Program-made: the position numbers and the translations under genes | Assembly: GCA_043802105.1 (NCBI GenBank) | Contig: JAZDLL010000031.1 | Coordinates: 1-38,642 of the forward strand | Reading direction: 5' to 3' | Source of the DNA: Candidatus Omnitrophota bacterium | GTDB lineage: Bacteria; Omnitrophota; Gorgyraeia; Gygaellales; Profunditerraquicolaceae | DNA: 38,642 nt | Notes under the pieces: model-generated | Told to the model about the DNA's origin: nothing | Database searches by the model: none | What the model saw: only the letters and a program-made list of their open reading frames with translations | Shown: piece by piece, positions 35,205 to 38,642 of the stretch | Layout of the letters: the number at the start of each line of letters is the position of its first letter | Position numbering within the stretch: the stretch's first letter is position 1

Positions 35205-35280
35205 AGTTCGCGCATTAACTTACTCACACCAGCACCTGTCTATCGGCAGGTAGGTATTCGTAAGTTAAGCGCTCACTAAT
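35202..35280 (+). repeat. Family B long hairpin, copy 3
   Basis: ATTAGT-TC-GCGC-A-TTAACTTAC-TC-[ACACCAGCACCTGTCTATCGGCAGGTAGGTAT]-TC-GTAAGTTAA-GCGC-TC-ACTAAT; shares CGCATTAACTTACTC and TCGTAAGTTAAGCG exactly with copy 2. Confidence 0.85.
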
Positions 35281-35287
35281 ATTATAT

Positions 35288-35316
35288 TTGACAAAAAGTT
35301 TAATTTTTGTTAAAAT
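35288..35316 (+). promoter_or_regulatory. sigma70 promoter of mreBCD-mrdA
   Basis: TTGACA (35288-35293), 17 nt spacer, extended TG, TAAAAT (35311-35316); RBS AGGAGA before ATG 35346. Confidence 0.85.
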
Positions 35317-35345
35317 ATTACCTCGCATAATTTTAGGAGAAAAAT

Positions 35346-36419
35346 ATGGGAAACTTAAGCCAGCAGCTAAAGAAAGCAATTAATTATGTCTTAGGCCTTT
35401 TCTCCAATGATATGGGGATTGACTTGGGTACCGCGACGACCTTAGTTTTTGTCAAGGGCGAAGGGGTGGTGCTTTGTGAGCCTTCTGTAGTTGCTATTGA
35501 AAGAGGTACTTCGCACGTTTTAGCTGTAGGAGAGGAAGCCAAGCGCATGCTTGGGCGCACTCCCGGTAATATCATTGCCATCAGGCCAATGAAAGACGGA
35601 GTTATCTCTGATTTTGAGATTACCGAAGCGATGCTGCGTTATTTTATTAAGAAGGTGCATCATCGTAAGGTTTTAGTCAGGCCCAGGATCGTTATTGCTA
35701 TTCCTTCGGGGATTACCGAGGTAGAAAAGCGAGCAGTAAAAGATTCTGCAGAGCGTGCCGGAGCCAGGGAAGTATTCTTGATTGAGGAACCCATCGCCGC
35801 AGCCATTGGCGTGGGCCTGCCCATCCAGGAACCTATCGGCAATATGATTATTGATATCGGAGGCGGTACTACGGAGATCGCGGTAATTTCACTGTGCGGA
35901 ACGGTTTTTTCCAAATCCATTCGTATCGGCGGAGATGAAATGAATGAAGCGGTCATCGAGTATCTTAAGAAAACTTATAACCTGATGGTTGGTGAACGCA
36001 CTTCGGAAGAGATTAAAATTAAGATTGGTTCCGCTTATCCCTTAGAAGAAGAAATGAGCATGGAGGTTAAAGGCCGGGATCTGGTGGCGGGTTTGCCTAA
36101 AACCGTGACCATTACCAGCGAAGAGATCCGTGAATCTTTGCAGGAACCTTTGCGGGCCATCTTGGAAGTTATAAAAATATCCTTAGAAAGAACTCCTCCG
36201 GAATTAGCGGCGGATCTTATTGATCACGGAATTGTGATGGCCGGAGGCGGTTCATTATTAAGAGGGCTGGATAAATTGATCTCTGAAGAAACCGGCCTGC
36301 CCGTGCACATTACCGATGATCCGGTTACTGCGGTGGCTAACGGAACCGGCATTGTATTGAGTGAAATTCAGTATCTTAGAAAAGTTACCGTACCGGTTAA
36401 AAGTGAAGTGCGCAATTAA
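35346..36419 (+). CDS. mreB: Rod shape-determining actin homologue MreB
   Basis: [40 protein letters not shown]. Confidence 0.98.
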   Translation: MGNLSQQLKKAINYVLGLFSNDMGIDLGTATTLVFVKGEGVVLCEPSVVAIERGTSHVLAVGEEAKRMLGRTPGNIIAIRPMKDGVISDFEITEAMLRYFIKKVHHRKVLVRPRIVIAIPSGITEVEKRAVKDSAERAGAREVFLIEEPIAAAIGVGLPIQEPIGNMIIDIGGGTTEIAVISLCGTVFSKSIRIGGDEMNEAVIEYLKKTYNLMVGERTSEEIKIKIGSAYPLEEEMSMEVKGRDLVAGLPKTVTITSEEIRESLQEPLRAILEVIKISLERTPPELAADLIDHGIVMAGGGSLLRGLDKLISEETGLPVHITDDPVTAVANGTGIVLSEIQYLRKVTVPVKSEVRN

Positions 36420-36421
36420 AT

Positions 36422-37195
36422 GTGTTTAAGTTACCCCGCAAAACTTTAATTCGTTTTATCCTCCCCGCCTGTGCTCTACTTCTAGTCTTTAATTTTTTAT
36501 CCTGTTTTAAGCATCCGGCGCAAAAAATATTCAAACCCCACCTGTCTTTGATCGGCTTGGTTAAACGTGAATTCCTGGGCATTATTTTTTATCATCGTAA
36601 TATGATGCAGGCTGATCAATTGCGCAATGATGTTGATTTGTTACGTTGGCGCCTGTTTGACCTGCGCGAAGTAACCCAAGAAAATGCCCGGCTTAAGAAT
36701 TTGTTTAACTTCAAACAGAAATCTTCTCTGCGGCTGGTGGCCGCCAGGGTAATCGGCCGCTCGCCGGATAGTTGGTCCTCCAGCCTGATCATTAATAAAG
36801 GCAAATACAGCGGAATTAAATCCGGGATGGTGGTAACTACTCCTCGGGGATTAGTGGGTACGATCATCGAGAATACAGATGATACCAGCAAGGTATTGCT
36901 GATTAACGACCCTAATCAAGGCATTTCCAGTATCGTACAACGCAGCCGACAGGAAGGTCTGATCAGTGGGACCCTGGGTACCAATTTAATCATGCGCTAT
37001 CTTCCGGATGAGGCGGCGATTATGGTGGGGGATATTATCATTACTTCGGAATTAAGCCAGGTTTACCCTAAGGGGTTATTGGTGGGCCGGGTGGTGAATA
37101 TCGGACGGGAGTTTTCCGGGCTTAACCGTTATGCCCTGGTTAAGCCGAGTGTCGATCTGAACAACATTGAAGAGGTCTTCGTGATTATCCCATGA
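36422..37195 (+). CDS. mreC: Rod shape-determining protein MreC
   Basis: TM, ENARL coiled coil, IINKG, GLVG, YPKGLLVG. Confidence 0.94.
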   Translation: MFKLPRKTLIRFILPACALLLVFNFLSCFKHPAQKIFKPHLSLIGLVKREFLGIIFYHRNMMQADQLRNDVDLLRWRLFDLREVTQENARLKNLFNFKQKSSLRLVAARVIGRSPDSWSSSLIINKGKYSGIKSGMVVTTPRGLVGTIIENTDDTSKVLLINDPNQGISSIVQRSRQEGLISGTLGTNLIMRYLPDEAAIMVGDIIITSELSQVYPKGLLVGRVVNIGREFSGLNRYALVKPSVDLNNIEEVFVIIP

Positions 37196-37662
37196 AAAAA
37201 TTATTCTTTTTGTTGACCATAATCATTCTGGCTACCTTAGGATTGAAGTGGCCGAATTTTTTAAATTTCTTTTATTGTAAGCCGGACCTGCTTTTAATTT
37301 TTACGGTAGCTTTGGTTTTTTATACGGATTTTAAGACGGCTTTATTATTTGGTATTTTAGCCGGACTGGCTAAAGATGTATTTTTGCCCTGGGCCCTGCC
37401 GATAAATACAATTTGTTTTATTATCTGGATTTATACGGTACATTGGATTAGCCGTCAGATATCTACGGAAGAGCCTTATGTAGGTTGGGCAATCGTTTTA
37501 GCGTTAGCTTTGTTAAATAATTTTATCCTGGGCTTGCAAAGTGTGTCCGCCGGGAATATTATGCCGCCAGGCATTTTTTTACGCAACCTGATTATTGTTA
37601 GCGTTTATACAACGTTGCTATCACCTTTGATTTTTAAGCTCACGAAAAGAATCGCCTCTTAG
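37192..37662 (+). CDS. mreD: Rod shape-determining protein MreD
   Basis: Hydrophobic 156 aa protein, PDLLLI, GLAKD; follows mreC. Confidence 0.88.
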   Translation: MKKLFFLLTIIILATLGLKWPNFLNFFYCKPDLLLIFTVALVFYTDFKTALLFGILAGLAKDVFLPWALPINTICFIIWIYTVHWISRQISTEEPYVGWAIVLALALLNNFILGLQSVSAGNIMPPGIFLRNLIIVSVYTTLLSPLIFKLTKRIAS

Positions 37663-37671
37663 TTTTAAATC

Positions 37672-38642
37672 ATGGAAAGAAAGAATATTTTAAACTTTAT
37701 AATTATTCTCATGTTTGCCTCTTTAATTATCGGGCTCTTAAGCCTAGGGGTATTGCAGGGGGCTAAGTTTCGCCGGCTCAGCGATAGCAACTGCATTCGT
37801 CTGATCGCTCAATTCGGCAGCCGGGGTAATATTCTGGACCGCCATGGCAAGGTGATTGTGGATAATAAGATTTCTTATGACGTAATGATTCTCCCGCAAG
37901 ATTTAAACGATCTTGACCCGGTTTTAACTTTGATCGGTCGTATTTTAGGTGTGGAAGTTAAAGATTTAAAGTTGGCCTTTAAGAGGAATTTTATCTCTTC
38001 CAGCCTGCCGGTTACCGTGGCTACGAATATCCAGCTTAAAGATGCCATTTTGCTTGGAGAGCATAAGATTGAACAACCCAGTATCATTGTTACGCCTAAA
38101 CCTTTGCGGCATTATCCGTATGGGGCTTTAGCTTCGCATGTGATTGGTTATGTTAATGAGATTGATCGCTGGCGCCTGACTAAATTGGAAGATTATGGTT
38201 ATAAAACTAAAGATATCGTCGGGTTTGGCGGGGTGGAGGAGAAATATGATTATTATTTGCGCCAGGAGGAAGGAGGGATGTCGGTGGAGGTAGATCACCG
38301 GGGCAAATTCATGCGGGTTTTGGGTTTTGAGCCTCCGCGCAATGGTAAGGACGTGGTGCTCACTCTGGATCTGGATATTCAAAAGATTGTCGAAGAAAAT
38401 TTAGCAGGGCGCAAGGGAAGCATAATTTTAATGGATCCGGCCAGTGGAGAGATTTTGGCCATGGCGAGTTTCCCGAATTTTGATCCGGCGATTTTTGTGA
38501 ATCAGCGCTTTCGGCAGATTGCCGGAATATTCAATGACTCCAGCGGGCCGTTAATCAATCGGGCTATCGGATCAAGCTATCCGCCGGCATCGGTTTTTAA
38601 AATAGTACTGGCTTCTGCCGGACTGGAATTAAAAAAAATAAA
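37672..38642 (+). CDS. mrdA: Penicillin-binding protein 2 (3'-truncated by window end)
   Basis: Absent from the ORF track because it has no stop in the window; my translation gives MERKNILNFIIILMF TM, RGNILDR, RHYPYG, and YPPASVFK (SxxK) near 38580. Confidence 0.93.
   Translation, partial: MERKNILNFIIILMFASLIIGLLSLGVLQGAKFRRLSDSNCIRLIAQFGSRGNILDRHGKVIVDNKISYDVMILPQDLNDLDPVLTLIGRILGVEVKDLKLAFKRNFISSSLPVTVATNIQLKDAILLGEHKIEQPSIIVTPKPLRHYPYGALASHVIGYVNEIDRWRLTKLEDYGYKTKDIVGFGGVEEKYDYYLRQEEGGMSVEVDHRGKFMRVLGFEPPRNGKDVVLTLDLDIQKIVEENLAGRKGSIILMDPASGEILAMASFPNFDPAIFVNQRFRQIAGIFNDSSGPLINRAIGSSYPPASVFKIVLASAGLELKKI

Noticed and set aside
32831-35280. Family B hairpins as integron attC sites (TAAC...GTTAAGC)
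   Set aside because: No unpaired spacer next to the AAC/GTT core, copy 2 is too short, copy 1 lacks AAC/GTT, flanking genes are housekeeping, and the only recombinase is a typical XerD.
31663-35280. Repeats as a CRISPR array
   Set aside because: They are dispersed and diverged, with no regular spacers and no cas genes.
1363-38382. All minus-strand ORFs and short alternative-frame plus-strand ORFs in the track
   Set aside because: They lie within or across well-supported housekeeping genes and show no recognisable motifs; treated as shadow ORFs.

Overview
A gene-dense bacterial chromosome segment with 39 real CDSs, all on the + strand; I found no tRNA, rRNA, CRISPR array, transposase or phage gene. 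Order: acyP, ligA, lipoprotein, MBL hydrolase, xerD, tRNA nucleotidyltransferase, rbfA, nrnA, ribF; the dcw cluster (mraZ rsmH ftsL ftsI murE murF mraY murD ftsW murG [secreted HExxH peptidase] murC murB ddl ftsQ ftsA, with no ftsZ after ftsA); yggS proC mtnP ileS dksA-like lspA lgt rluD; a membrane-anchored coiled-coil protein, aroA, and mreB mreC mreD mrdA (truncated). Gene content suggests a PVC-group organism such as Omnitrophota (inference, not verified). The most unexplained signals are (1) two families of dispersed intergenic hairpins (4 copies of family A, 3 of family B) with tandem GA/GA mismatches, GNA triloops, exchangeable loop modules and one copy whose core is inverted, and (2) a dcw cluster lacking ftsZ whose FtsA has degenerate nucleotide-binding motifs, plus an inserted peptidase and an N-terminally extended MreB. 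All calls come from motif recognition by eye; no database searches were run.
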